A DNA stretch of 62,543 bases, counting the filler, from Squatina squatina (lineage: Eukaryota): assembly GCA_031763465.1 (NCBI GenBank). It is 3 parts of 3 records of this genome, joined end to end, with 100 filler letters (N's around TTAATTAATTAA, not from the genome) between each part and the next. Parts side by side here need not be neighbours in the genome. Positions count along the whole stretch, not along the records: positions 1 to 21,326 come from JARFOE010000001.1; 2 more parts are not named here. The stretch is one strand, 5' to 3'. The translations under genes and the position numbers were made by a program. Of the stretch, positions 1 to 11,819 are shown piece after piece. Below the pieces are notes generated by a model. That model was not told where the DNA came from. It did no database searches and worked only from the letters and a program-made list of their open reading frames with translations. Positions within the stretch are counted from its first letter, which is position 1. Each line of letters opens with the position of its first letter.

Positions 1-1384
1 GAAGATATGCTTTAGGTGCCAGGATTGATCTGTGGGTATGCTGGATGTTAAGAATTGTGGTGGCGTGCTCTACAACTTTCCTTTACAAAGAAATCTTCTC
101 AAAGGCCCCAGGGGACAATGGCATTAACAAAGGCATCAACAGCAACCTGAAGAAGTAAATGACAACCTATTGCCAGCTGCAAGAGCTATTAATGCCATTC
201 TGATACGATAGACCGCTTCACGAGCACATCTGGCTACATTAACTATGGTGCCCGCATCTTTGCCCTTCCCACCACAAATGTGACATCATGTACCGACACT
301 TCTCATACCACCTCGTTAAAGCCACTTCCAAACTTTACCAAAATGAGCGATTTTAGTGTTTCCTTCGTTTTATTCAAAATCCAGTGTGTGCACGCACTTA
401 GTCCTTCTCCTCAGTGAATTATAAGTTTGAGTACTTCTGGGTGTTAGCCAAGTAGTCGGAGAGCTTGATGTGTCTGGACCCCTCTTGGGTCCGAGGTGTC
501 CCATGTCTCACTGCAACTAAGTTCTGAGATGGACTTGCTGCCAGCCCTTATGCTGCATGTGCAATCTGACCATGCCTCTTTTCTGCCAAATGTGCAGGCA
601 GTAGCGATTTCATGGAGTTTTAACTTTAATATTTCTGGGATTTAATAATCCTAATATAAGAGGGTTTTTTTCAAAAGAGAGAGACCAGAGAAGCCTGTTT
701 ATCGTTCTCAATGATGTGCAGGGTTTATTTACTGTCAAACCATGAATATTGCACATAGGAGCCTGCTCTATCAATGATGGGTTGAATGGTGCTGGATAAG
801 GAGCATTTGGAACTAAAAGCACCAACTGAATCATTAATCCTCTGCACCCTAGTAATTGACTCACTATCCAAGTAGATCTCTGTAATCCCAGCATGGATCA
901 TGTCCCACAAAGCTGGGTGGGNNNNNNNNNNNNNNNNNNNNNNNNNNNNNNNNNNNNNNNNNNNNNNNNNNNNNNNNNNNNNNNNNNNNNNNNNNNNNNN
1001 NNNNNNNNNNNNNNNNNNNNNTCAGTGCACAGTCCGGGAAATCATGCACTGTGTGTCTGTAATTTCCAATGGTGCATTTACCAGACTGCCAGACTGCCGA
1101 GTCACCCCTTATATATTCAAACTGATGGAGTTGATTCTGACGTTCCCTTATGTTGGACGAACCAGTGGTTTCTTGTCCCTGTGTTTGCACTTTACCTGAT
1201 GAAAGAGTGTATCAATTTGAAACCTAGCACAGCGGAAGCCTTTCATTGTAAAGCCTTATGTGCTTCAATGAAATGTCAGTAAATCATGAGGCAGCTGATT
1301 GAGCATTACCGCCTGGCAGTTTGATGAAACAGAGAATGTACAATCTTGGAATTGGTTCCATTCTGGAGCTGTATGATTTACACA

Positions 1385-1535
1385 AGCACACTCACTCACG
1401 CACACTCACACTCACCCACAAACACAGTCACCCACACACACTCACTCACACACACTCACACTCACCCACACACACTCACACTCACCCACAAACACTCACT
1501 CACACTCACCCACATACACTCACTCACCCACAAAC
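1385..1535. repeat. CA/CT-rich degenerate microsatellite (cacact-like)
   Basis: Visible cacactcacacactcaccc repeats running into a gap. Confidence 0.9.
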
Positions 1536-1712
1536 NNNNNNNNNNNNNNNNNNNNNNNNNNNNNNNNNNNNNNNNNNNNNNNNNNNNNNNNNNNNNNNNN
1601 NNNNNNNNNNNNNNNNNNNNNNNNNNNNNNNNNNNCAGATAACAATTAACCTCTGCCTTTAATGCTCGTGGCAACTCGCCCTGGGAATTCAGTAAAGTCG
1701 TCAGGTACCTAC

Positions 1713-2701
1713 CCATCTCGAACAGCTTCCTTCTTCTCCAGGTCTTGAATGACATCCAGTAACACCTTAATGGTCTGCTGGCTGGTCTGTAGGACATCCT
1801 CCATGGTCTGCAGCTTGGACTGGAGAGAAGTTATTTCATACTGAGAGGTGCGACCTGACCTGAACCCTCGATTCCCTGCTGCGTTGGCCTGCTCCTTCAG
1901 ATTGTCCTGAGGGTTTTTGCCACCAGGCACCACTTCCAGGCTATCATCAAGATGCAGTGAGGGCCCTGATTGGCTGTTTTGGATGGCATGTTCTCCTGAT
2001 TGGACAGAAGTCTTTGAGGGTGGCTGCGGTGGGTCGCTTTGTACTTGGGCAGATGCGGTTGGGTTCAGGGATGAGGTGCAAGGCTCTAGTTGGTCTGTTC
2101 GATGGGAAATATCCAGCTGTTTTGGATTGAGCGTGGATGCTGGAGTCTTTAAGCAGGACTTGGGATAGACACAAAGCTGGTCCTTAAGGAGAGTTTGGTT
2201 CATGTTAGATGCTTCAGTCTTTCTATGCTCTGAATGGTTATTGTCCAAATCACATTTTGGTCCCTGTTTCAGTGAGCATGGATCCAGATGGATTTCTTTG
2301 GATGGTGGTGGACTTGCCTTGGTATTTGATGAGCAGGGTTTGATGGAGGGGCTTCTCAAATGGTCGGAAACGTCACCCTTAGCTGCACAGTGCTGCCCGG
2401 CTATCAGTGCTTTGTGCTGCCCCTCTGCCAGAGTGTCAGTTATGGCTTCGCAAAGCGTAGCCTTGTCCTCAAAGCGATGGCACTCGGGCGAACCATTGTG
2501 GTTTTGGGAATGGACCTCCACCGAAGCTGACTCATTATGCTGGGAATTCTGGGAGCCAGGCGGGGCCGGACTGGGTTCCGCGCAGCTGCTCAGTGGTGCC
2601 CTGGCCATCTCTGCCACCCTCCCGTTAAGAGCTGCGATGGCGGCGGCATCCTCCTCCCCCTCCCCAGTCCCATTAAAGGATGCACATTGTGTCGTGTACA
2701 T
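1713..2701 (-). CDS. Large first coding exon of an INSYN2 (FAM196, inhibitory synaptic factor 2)-family gene; paralogue identity unresolved
   Basis: 330-aa ORF whose end TSLQSKLQTMEDVLQTSQQTIKVLLDVIQDLEKKEAVRDG matches the recalled INSYN2A/B coiled coil (ETIKVLLGVIQELEKGEAHREG / [22 protein letters not shown]). There is a phase-2 donor GG|gtaggt at 1713/1712 inside the final Gly codon, and an in-frame stop upstream of the ATG at 2701. Downstream Cys-rich exons were not seen. Confidence 0.85.
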
Positions 2702-4695
2702 GGGGCAGACTCCAGTACAACCGCCCGCGCATTTGCCTGAGAAGCTGTCGCTTCCTCAGTGAAATCCTGAACGTCCTGTTCCGCAATGAGCTCATTTAAC
2801 AGAGTGAAACTCGTCCAGTTTGACATTAATGTCAACCTTTTTCTGTTGTTTCCATTTATGTTCACCCAAAAATATTCACCAGACGCCGGGTTCCATAAAT
2901 CTCAGCCCCCATCCCTGCTCAATCGGACATCCACTTTGCATTGAGGCGATCGATATTTCGTATTAATTCTGCACAAATACTGAGCTGATCGGCACCCCGC
3001 CTGTGGATATGCGATCGCCCTTCACTGTATGCGTTGAGCGAGAGCGTTAGGTGTCCATTTAAACCACTTGCTTTCCATTGACCGACTGGAAGGGAACAGA
3101 TGCAAAAGAACAGAACTCGGATCTCTCGACAAATGTTAATCTCCGCCTCAAACACTCCGGCCCGATTTGTTGAGGGTCACACGTGGAGGGGAAACACCAG
3201 GGCAGTGCCCGGAAAAGTGAGGGATTTTAAAAGGGGGGGGGGATTGTACATAGGAAAGTAGAGCACGAGTGAAGGGAATGGTCTGGCCAATCAGTCTGGC
3301 CCGCCTGGCCAGTGCCAAACCTATTGTCTGCTCAGAAAACATTAACATCCCAATCTTACACCTGTCGTGTTTAAACATTAAAGGAACAAAAATGTGTGAG
3401 AAATGTAAAACAAAGCAGTCTGAAGCAGACAATCTTACTGACCAGTCTACAGCTGTGAAGTTTTTTTTAAAAACAGCCTGAGGTGATGGTTACAGTTGAA
3501 AGCTCCCTTCTGATCACTGCCCTGTTTATTACTGTGTGTGTGACTACTGCAAACATTGGAGAAAACATTCCCTTTTTTTGTTTTTAAGTTTCAACGCCTG
3601 GGTCTTGCGCCTGGTTAAGGCTTGATTTGAAGGGCCCTCTATAAATAGGTCCTTCTTGTTGATCAAAAGCTGTAATATGTTCCCTTGTGTAAAAGGTCCT
3701 GGTTGTTTGATAACACTGTGCTTACACTGTTATAAATAATGAACATGTGTCTAATCTAAACCAGCTGGGCTGCTCTAATGAGGAATATTTTAGCAAGGTT
3801 TGCAGTACGGAACAGACTACATTTTTTGCACATGTTTCAAAATCATCTAAATAAATTATACTAGAACATTGTGTATGTGATACATCAGTGTTGCAATCAA
3901 TACATGTAATGGCTTTATTTATTTTTGATAATGATGTTACATGTTTAACTTTTTGAGTAGTTGAGACATTGCAGCTTGATAACCTACACAGGNNNNNNNN
4001 NNNNNNNNNNNNNNNNNNNNNNNNNNNNNNNNNNNNNNNNNNNNNNNNNNNNNNNNNNNNNNNNNNNNNNNNNNNNNNNNNNNNNNNNNNNNATGACTAC
4101 TATGCTACTGCTCCCATAACTGCCATCTGCAGTGAGCACTCAGTTGTATCAAAACTGCTACAGAGTGGGTTAAAGAAGACGACCCACTTCCACCACCTCA
4201 GGGCATCTAGGGATGGGCAATAAATGCTGGCCTTGCCAACGTTACCCAAATCCCAAGTATAATGTTTTTAAAAAAAAATGTTCTCTTGACTTGTTCAGGC
4301 TCTGCTCATGATCAGCTCAATTTCGGGCTTGGATCCTCCAAGCTCAATAACGTGCACACACTGGAGCAAAAATGTCCTATGCTCTTACACATATACCATT
4401 TTCATTGAGATGAGCATGTATCTTATATCCAGGGACACAGTCAATTACCTGTGGTTTTTTAAACCGTGAAGATCTGAATGCTAAACAGGATCACGCCTCA
4501 AAGTGTGCTTTGAATGTAATAGGAAGACCTCAGCACAATCCTCTTAAGTACACAGTCTATTTGCATAAGACTTCTTTTTACGCTTATCAAGAAAANNNNN
4601 NNNNNNNNNNNNNNNNNNNNNNNNNNNNNNNNNNNNNNNNNNNNNNNNNNNNNNNNNNNNNNNNNNNNNNNNNNNNNNNNNNNNNNNNNNNNNNN

Positions 4696-4995
4696 AACAC
4701 CTTTCATCTCCGCAGGACATCCCAAAGTGCTTCACAGCCGATCGGTGATTTTCCAAGTGCAGTCACTGTTGCAATGTAGGCAAACACAGCAGCCAATTTG
4801 CGCACAGCAAGGCCCCACATACAGCAGTGAGATAAGCGGCCAATTAATCTTTTCTGATGGTAATGGTTGAGAGATAAATGTCGGCCAGGGCTCCAGGAAA
4901 ACTCCCAAACTCAGCTTCAGATAGTGCCACAGGATCTTCCACAGCCATCTCAACTTCCGAAACAGAGCACCTCTGACAACGCAGCACTACACTGA
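4696..4995 (-). mobile_element. Deu-domain tRNA-derived SINE fragment
   Basis: Reverse complement of the body/tail of the full copy at 10447-10886 (ggacatcccaaagtgcttcacagcc...gcagccaatttgcgcacagcaagg). Confidence 0.75.
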
Positions 4996-6442
4996 GATGT
5001 CAAACTAGATTAGGGATAGAATGGTTCCAGGAGAAAGGGAGGGTGAATCCGGACAGGAAGAATTTGCAGAGAACTTAATGGCACGCCATCAATTATTGTC
5101 TTTTACAAAGTACCCAAGGCAACGACAAGCACCGTGACTCGCAAAAGCAATTTTCATTGCTGTTAACACACACAAGCTATTTGCAGAAACAGCAAGATAG
5201 CTGACAGGATATGCGGTGTGGCATTAGTTTTGTGTGGGTTCACTGGTACCTTCAGTTATTTCTTATCACGGCTGGACTGGTGCCGATGAACTCATATTGG
5301 CACTGGACTTGCCTGTGCAAGTCAGGCTTAACACCTTCCCGGACAACTGGTAAAAGTTGTTAGCGTATTGAAGGAAAGAAAGACTTGCATTTCTCTAGCG
5401 AGTACAGGAGCAGGGATGGCTTGTTGCAGTTGTACAGGGCCTNNNNNNNNNNNNNNNNNNNNNNNNNNNNNNNNNNNNNNNNNNNNNNNNNNNNNNNNNN
5501 NNNNNNNNNNNNNNNNNNNNNNNNNNNNNNNNNNNNNNNNNNAGGTGAGGAGAAATATTAGATGGGAGTTTGGGGAGAAACAGCTGCAAGGAACATGGGT
5601 GAAAACACATTCTAGAGAGCCAGTAGTTCCGCAGACAGCCTTTGCCTTCAAACATAAACAACATAGTACCTTTCAAAGTGTCCTTTATTTGAAGTGACCA
5701 AGCTTACTTCCGTCTCATTTTAATTGGTGAGAGAGGGTTCCCGCTATTTGTTATCTATTTACACAGTAATAAACATGTTCAAACATGATATTTAATGAAT
5801 CCAGACACAAAACATAACTTCTCATTACCAGAGGCAACCAAGTGAAGAAGGTAATAATTTCAATTGTGGTCTCGATATGACCGCATTTGCTCGGGGCTAC
5901 TTTCTTTTACAATTGAAAAACAATTGCTAAGGATGCAGCTTTTGTTTCATGCTTCTTTTATTCTGGTGCGTGTCTCATTAAGATGTCGGAGAGTGCTAGG
6001 GTACTGCCCGCTTATTAATATGGAGCAATGGCACTGCTGGCTTTCCATCATGGCAGGGGACGAGGGATTATCTGCTCAAAGCATGAAGGCAAAAATAAAG
6101 CTGCTCAGGAAGTATCTTTGGATTGCTTATAAACATGAGATTCAGTAACCTGATTGTCACATCTCATCATGGCTTGCATCAGCCAAGATCCAACACCCAC
6201 AAGTCCTGGCTGGCATCGCACCACCTGACATCAGGAGAGCGGTTGCCAGCTAAACCTAACGGACCAGGCAGACTGATGACAACAGACACCCCGCTATGGC
6301 CGCAACCAGATCCCTCATTCACTGTGCTCCAGAAATAGCTTCNNNNNNNNNNNNNNNNNNNNNNNNNNNNNNNNNNNNNNNNNNNNNNNNNNNNNNNNNN
6401 NNNNNNNNNNNNNNNNNNNNNNNNNNNNNNNNNNNNNNNNNN

Positions 6443-6628
6443 AAACAGAAGATCTGGTTATTATCGCATTGTTGTTTGTGGGAGCTTGCTGTGTGCAAAC
6501 TGGCTGCCCTGTTTCCTACATTACAGCAGTGATCACCACTTCAAATGTTCTTCATTGGCTGTAAAGTTCTTTGGGATGTGCTGAGGTCGATAAGGGCACT
6601 GGGGAAATGTAAGTCTTTCTTTCTTTTC
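6443..6628 (+). mobile_element. Deu-domain SINE 3' half
   Basis: gggagcttgctgtgtgcaaactggctgcc...ttcattggctgtaaag...aaatgtaagtctttctt. Confidence 0.75.
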
Positions 6629-7936
6629 AAGGGGACTATTATGGCACTAGCTGTGCAAACATTCAGAGCGATTTATTGCCTTGGGCTCTCCTGCCCTCGC
6701 AATCTACGAACACAGTTGGAGGGAGGACGGTGCTGACCAACCAACGATTGCCTCCAGTAAGATGTTCGCGGCTCCGCAGATCACCCTTGCCACGGGAAAA
6801 CATCCTGATACACAGCTTTTCCTTGCGTTGCCCTGGCAATGTGCTTCAGAGGAGCTCTGCTGCGACATTTAGCTTTCTGTGCTGTCTATTAATGTTATCG
6901 TTATTATTACCTCTTAACGTGTTCAGGCATGGTTTCTGAATTGGTGCTAATTAGTGCTGAGTTTTAGGGGTGAGTGAACAGGCAAAAGCTTTGGATATTT
7001 AAATCTGGCTTGAATCAAACTGACACGAATCCTGTAGTCGGAAATGGCCTAATGCCTCTCCCCTGCCCCAGCGCCACACGCACTTCGACCAAAGTAACGT
7101 TTCCTCCGCTAACCTTAATCCATCACCTCAAGCCAGGAATTCAGTACTTTTGGACTACTTCGCACTCTCTGTTTTTTCTTCCTGTTCCCATGGCTGGGGA
7201 GGGATATGGAATGGGTGGTTAGGGAATGGAGCTTGTGGCGGGGCCAATGGCTTCGGCCTTCCCAGTGTTCAACTGGAAGAAATTGCGGCTGAATGTTGGA
7301 AAAGCAGTTTGCCAAATCAGAGGCATCGGAGGGGTCGAGAGTTTCGGGTGCCACGTGTGACCGAACGTTCAGGGGAGAAATAGGAGGAGGCGATTGGGGG
7401 ACTCCCGAGGCAATGGAGCAGGAATGGGAAGAGAAGACAAGCGCAAGAGATTCTCCGGCTAGGATCGGATAGGTCAGAGCGGAACCAGGTAAATGCAGTC
7501 CCACTCAACTGGGCAAGAGGAGCGGGGCGAGGCATGGGAGGTGGATGCTGTGGGCGACCATTTCAAAGGCTGTCGAGAAGAGGCAAAGGATGAAGTGGGA
7601 TTGTGCGTCATGAACACAGAGTTTCATTGCAGGCTTTGATTAGTGCCGTTTCAGTGCTGTAGCGAGGGAGAAGCTGGGTTGGAGAGGATCAAACCTGGAG
7701 TTCAAACATACCATGTCAAGTGGTTTTCAAGAAGCCACTCAGAGCTTTACATATGATGACTTACTTTGAAATGCAGTGAAATACCCAAGGCCATTTTGTG
7801 CACAGTATGTGCTTTGGACAGTACTCAAATTAATGACAGACTGGGCTATTGAAAGACATATAAAGAGGGGTTTGAAGTTTGCAAGTGGCCTGATGGATAC
7901 ATTCTTTACTGGTCCTATACAGTTCTGAGTTCCTAC

Positions 7937-8138
7937 AACAACAACTTGCATTTATATCGCACCTTTAATGTAGCAAAACGTGCAATGCGTTTCATAGCAG
8001 AATGATCAAACACAATTTGACACCGAGTTGCATAACGAGATATTAGGACAGGAGGCCAAAAGCTGGATAAAGGGGTAGGTTTTAAGGAGTGACTTCGAGG
8101 AGGGGAGAGAGGTGGAGAGGTTTAGGGAGGGAATTCCA
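7937..8138 (-). mobile_element. L2-type LINE 3' end
   Basis: caacaacttgcatttatat...tttgacaccgag...ggtaggttttaaggag...agggagggaattcca; the same element end recurs at ~24600-24730, 41340-41490, 46392-46562 and 51395-51590. Confidence 0.65.
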
Positions 8139-9540
8139 NNNNNNNNNNNNNNNNNNNNNNNNNNNNNNNNNNNNNNNNNNNNNNNNNNNNNNNNNNNNNN
8201 NNNNNNNNNNNNNNNNNNNNNNNNNNNNNNNNNNNNNNATGGCCTACTCCTGCACCTATTTTCTATGTTTCTATGTTTAGCCAGTGGACGCATACATGTG
8301 TTTATTTTTCTGTCTTACCTCCGTAGATTTTTTTTCTTGTGTTTGTTATTACTTTGTCATTGGTGAGATCGATGATATCATCTGGGGGATTGACTGAGAG
8401 GAGTTCCTGTGCCCACGGTATGGAGGAGTTGAATTAGCAGCATCAGATGGAGTAATTAACTCAGGGTGGTTCAGCAAATCATGTAATTTCAGCTGTGCGT
8501 ACAAGCTAATTCAGCTGTGTCACACTATGGGGCACTGTGCAAGCCAGTTCCCTCGGTGACGCCATCAGCATTCACTGTTCAAACAAAGAAATGCTCACAG
8601 TCTACAGGAAAAAGACAGAAACAACGGTGTTAACGTGGGCCAAGAGTCTTTCTTTTAATTGTGAGGTTCCGTGTGTAATGTATAAATGTAAGTTACGCAG
8701 CATTTACAGCACAGAAACAGGCCAATTGGTGGAGAGAGGTTCATTCAGGGGATGTGGGCATCGCTGGCAAAGCNNNNNNNNNNNNNNNNNNNNNNNNNNN
8801 NNNNNNNNNNNNNNNNNNNNNNNNNNNNNNNNNNNNNNNNNNNNNNNNNNNNNNNNNNNNNNNNNNNNNNNNNTGCCCCCAGTGTCCCAGTTGTGCGGTT
8901 CAGTAGCTTACAACCAGCTGGTAAATTTGATAAGTCATTCTGAACACAGCGGTGCAACGAAGCCATTTACTGGCCTATTCCCACTTGATGCTTTAATACA
9001 ATGGAACACTGCGATGTGCTTCTTAGTCTGATTGTTTTGCGGCAAATGCACCATGAATACGAATGTTGTTAACCAAACACTGGCCTTGCCTCGGGGCGAC
9101 TGCAGATCTATTTTTTTTTTAAAGAGAATATGTAATCCTGAAAAATTCAGATAAGGAATCTAAATGCGAATCAGGCAAAGATACAGAGACTGAATGGACT
9201 GCAGGGGAAAGTAAAAGGAGACTTATTATTCAGTGTCTATGCAGAAGGGAGGCTATTAGCAGTGCTAACCTGTGCATTTAAAATGAATAAACTGCATTCG
9301 TTTTACACCTAAGTGAATAACTTACAGCTCGCTCCCTGAAGAGAGAGTTGGTACATTTTCTCTTGAAATCTATCTGCAGTCGACAATGGACACTCAAACA
9401 GAATCAATGTCAGATCGCAACGACAACACTGTAAAACCAGCTGGGTAGTTCGGAGCTCAGATTTTTTTTTGAAGATAACTTTCCCTGCTCATCCGCCCTC
9501 CACTTGTTCATGTCGCCCAACCTGATGCGGCCCTGCACAA

Positions 9541-10112
9541 TCATAGAATCTTAGAGCAGTACAGCACAGGAGGAGGCCATTCGTCCACCGAGTCTGCGCC
9601 GGCTCTGTCGAAGAGCAATGCGGTTAGTCCCACTCCCCCTGCTCTTTCCCCAAATCCCTGCAATATTTTCTCCTTCAAATATTTATCCATTCCCCTTTTG
9701 AAGGCTACTGTTGAATCTGCCTCTACCACCCTGTCAGGCAGTTCATTCCAAATCCTAACCACTTGTTGCATAATAAAGTTTTTCCTCAATCACCTAAAAC
9801 CTGTGCCCTCTAGTTATCAGCCCCTCAACCATTGGAAACAGTACTCTATCTAAACCGTTCATGATTTTAAACACCTCTATCAAATCTCCTCTTAGCCTTC
9901 TCTGATCTAAGGAGAATACCAGCTTCTCCAGTCCATGTAACTGTAACCCTTCATCCCTGCAACCATTCTAGTCAATCTCTTCTACACCCTCTCCGAGGCC
10001 TTCACCTCCTTCCTAAAGTGTGGTGCTCAGAATTGAACACAACACTCCAGCTGAGGCCTAACCAGTGATTTATAATAGTTTAATGTAACTTCCTTGCTTT
10101 TGTACTCTATTC
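9541..10112 (-). mobile_element. CR1 LINE 3' fragment (end of ORF2 plus 3' UTR)
   Basis: Translated pieces RGIEYKSKEVTLNYYKSLVRPQLECCVQF and VVRIWNELPDRVVEADST are typical CR1 ORF2 C-terminus; ends in an attctatg-type tail. Confidence 0.85.
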
Positions 10113-10446
10113 CTCTATTCTTCTTCTTAGGCAGTCCCTCGGGGTCGAGGATGACTTGCTTCCACTCCGGAGTTGTGGGTTCTGAGGTGACTAANNNNNN
10201 NNNNNNNNNNNNNNNNNNNNNNNNNNNNNNNNNNNNNNNNNNNNNNNNNNNNNNNNNNNNNNNNNNNNNNNNNNNNNNNNNNNNNNNNNNNNNNCCTCTT
10301 TGAGTGATATCAGAATGAAAGGGAATGTATGCAAGAAGCCCCTCCCTCCTCAACAGAATTTTGGTTTATGAGGGAGAAAGAAATGATCAAATATGGTACC
10401 TTCCTGCTTTGTGCAGCCCAGTTCCACAGTTGGTGCACACTGCTGG

Positions 10447-10886
10447 TGTCAGCTGTGGCTCAGTGGGTAGCACTCTCATCTTCCAGCTCAGAAGCTTGTG
10501 GGTTCAAGCTCCACTCCAAATACTTAGCACAAAATCTAGGCTGGCACTCACAGTGCAGTACTGAGGGAGTGCTGCACTGTCAGAGGTGCCGTCCTTCAGA
10601 TGATCTCCGAGGTGAATGCAAGTAACATGAAACTTTTCTAAGGATTGCGGGGTTATTCTTCCCCAGTGCCCCAGCCAATATTTATCCCAACATCACTAAA
10701 TTAGATCCTCTGGTCATCATCTCATTCATTGTCGTTTGCTGGACCTTGCTGTGTGAAGCTTGGCTGTTGCGTTTCCTACAGTACAACAGTGACTACACTT
10801 CAAAAAGTACTTCATTGGCGGTAAAGCGCTTTGGGGCATCCTGAGGTCATGAAGGGGCTCTGCAAATGGAAGTGCTTTCTTTCTTT
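10447..10886 (+). mobile_element. Near full-length tRNA-derived Deu-domain SINE (SacSINE1/AmnSINE1-related)
   Basis: A-box gtggctcagtggg and B-box ggttcaagctcc in a tRNA-like head; central tgagggagtgctgcactgtcagaggtgccgtc; tail aaagcgctttgggg...aaatggaagtgctttctttc. Many further copies in the window. Confidence 0.8.
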
Positions 10887-11050
10887 AACAAATGAACATG
10901 TAACATTTGGCAATGCAGAAATTCAGCTCGGACAAGGAGTTAAATCTATACTACGTGATCCTTTACCTTGAACTTATGTCGCTTGGTTCTAGAGTTTGTG
11001 GTAATCTCAAACCACAAGATTCAGAATCTGCCTCTTTTGGATTTTTCTAT

Positions 11051-11441
11051 TTAATGCAAATAAATCCAACTTAGAGCAGTTAGGAGGGCACTTGGAACTC
11101 ATGTTCTTAGACCCAACCTGAGGCAGGCAAACTCTGTCGAGTCAAGCCACCTTGAGGTTGGCCATTTGGGCATCTTGGGCCTTTCCAAGTTGACCTCATT
11201 TTATGGCCTTCGCCCCACCTTTGTAAATTCTTGAAGCATAAGGATCTCTGTTGCCTTGCAGCATTTGCACGTTAAACGCAAATAAATCCAACATAGGCCA
11301 ATTAGGAGGCCATTTGGGACTCACCCTCTTCAACTCAACTCTATGGATTCAAGCAACCTTCAGGTTGGCTATTTGGGCTGTTCCAGGTTGACCTAATTTT
11401 GTAGCTTTAGCTCCACCTCTGTAAATCCTTGAAACATGAGA
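11051..11441. repeat. Diverged local tandem duplication (period about 222 bp, two copies)
   Basis: gcaaataaatccaac at ~11056 and ~11278, each followed by matching blocks (ttaggagg, caagc-acctt-aggttggc-atttgggc, gttgacct, tgtaaat-cttgaa). Confidence 0.8.
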
Positions 11442-11819
11442 TGACTGCTATCTCGCAGTTTAAATTTTTTCAGGCTTAATCAGGTATTCACCGGCCAGTA
11501 GGCCCGAGACAATTTGTCTCAATTACCAGACAGTTCAGTGGCTGTTTTCAATTAATTCTAGGTTGTTAAATTCTCCAACTTTCACTAGAACTATCAATGG
11601 ATTTAATTTACTGTTATTCAGCGGCAAGTGAAGGTAATTTATGACCAACTCATTTTAAAGTGAGTGAGTGATTTCTGAATGACTTTATCATTAATTAAAC
11701 ATATAGCTGCAATGCTACATGAACTATTAACAAACGATTTAAAAGTCACCAGAACAAAGGAAGTGATTTTGCTTTGTAACAGCATATGCAAGGAAATATT
11801 AGCACACTGGAAGAAAAAG

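Noticed and set aside
864-1662. ORFs spanning N-runs (here and throughout the ORF track)
   Set aside because: Their length comes from X codons in gaps and from microsatellites.
1917-2865. Plus-strand and alternate-frame ORFs overlapping the INSYN2-like exon
   Set aside because: They are shadow ORFs of a real coding exon with no recognisable homology.
10447-10530. tRNA gene (A and B boxes)
   Set aside because: It continues directly into a SINE body found many times in the window; the same applies at 19690 and 33958.
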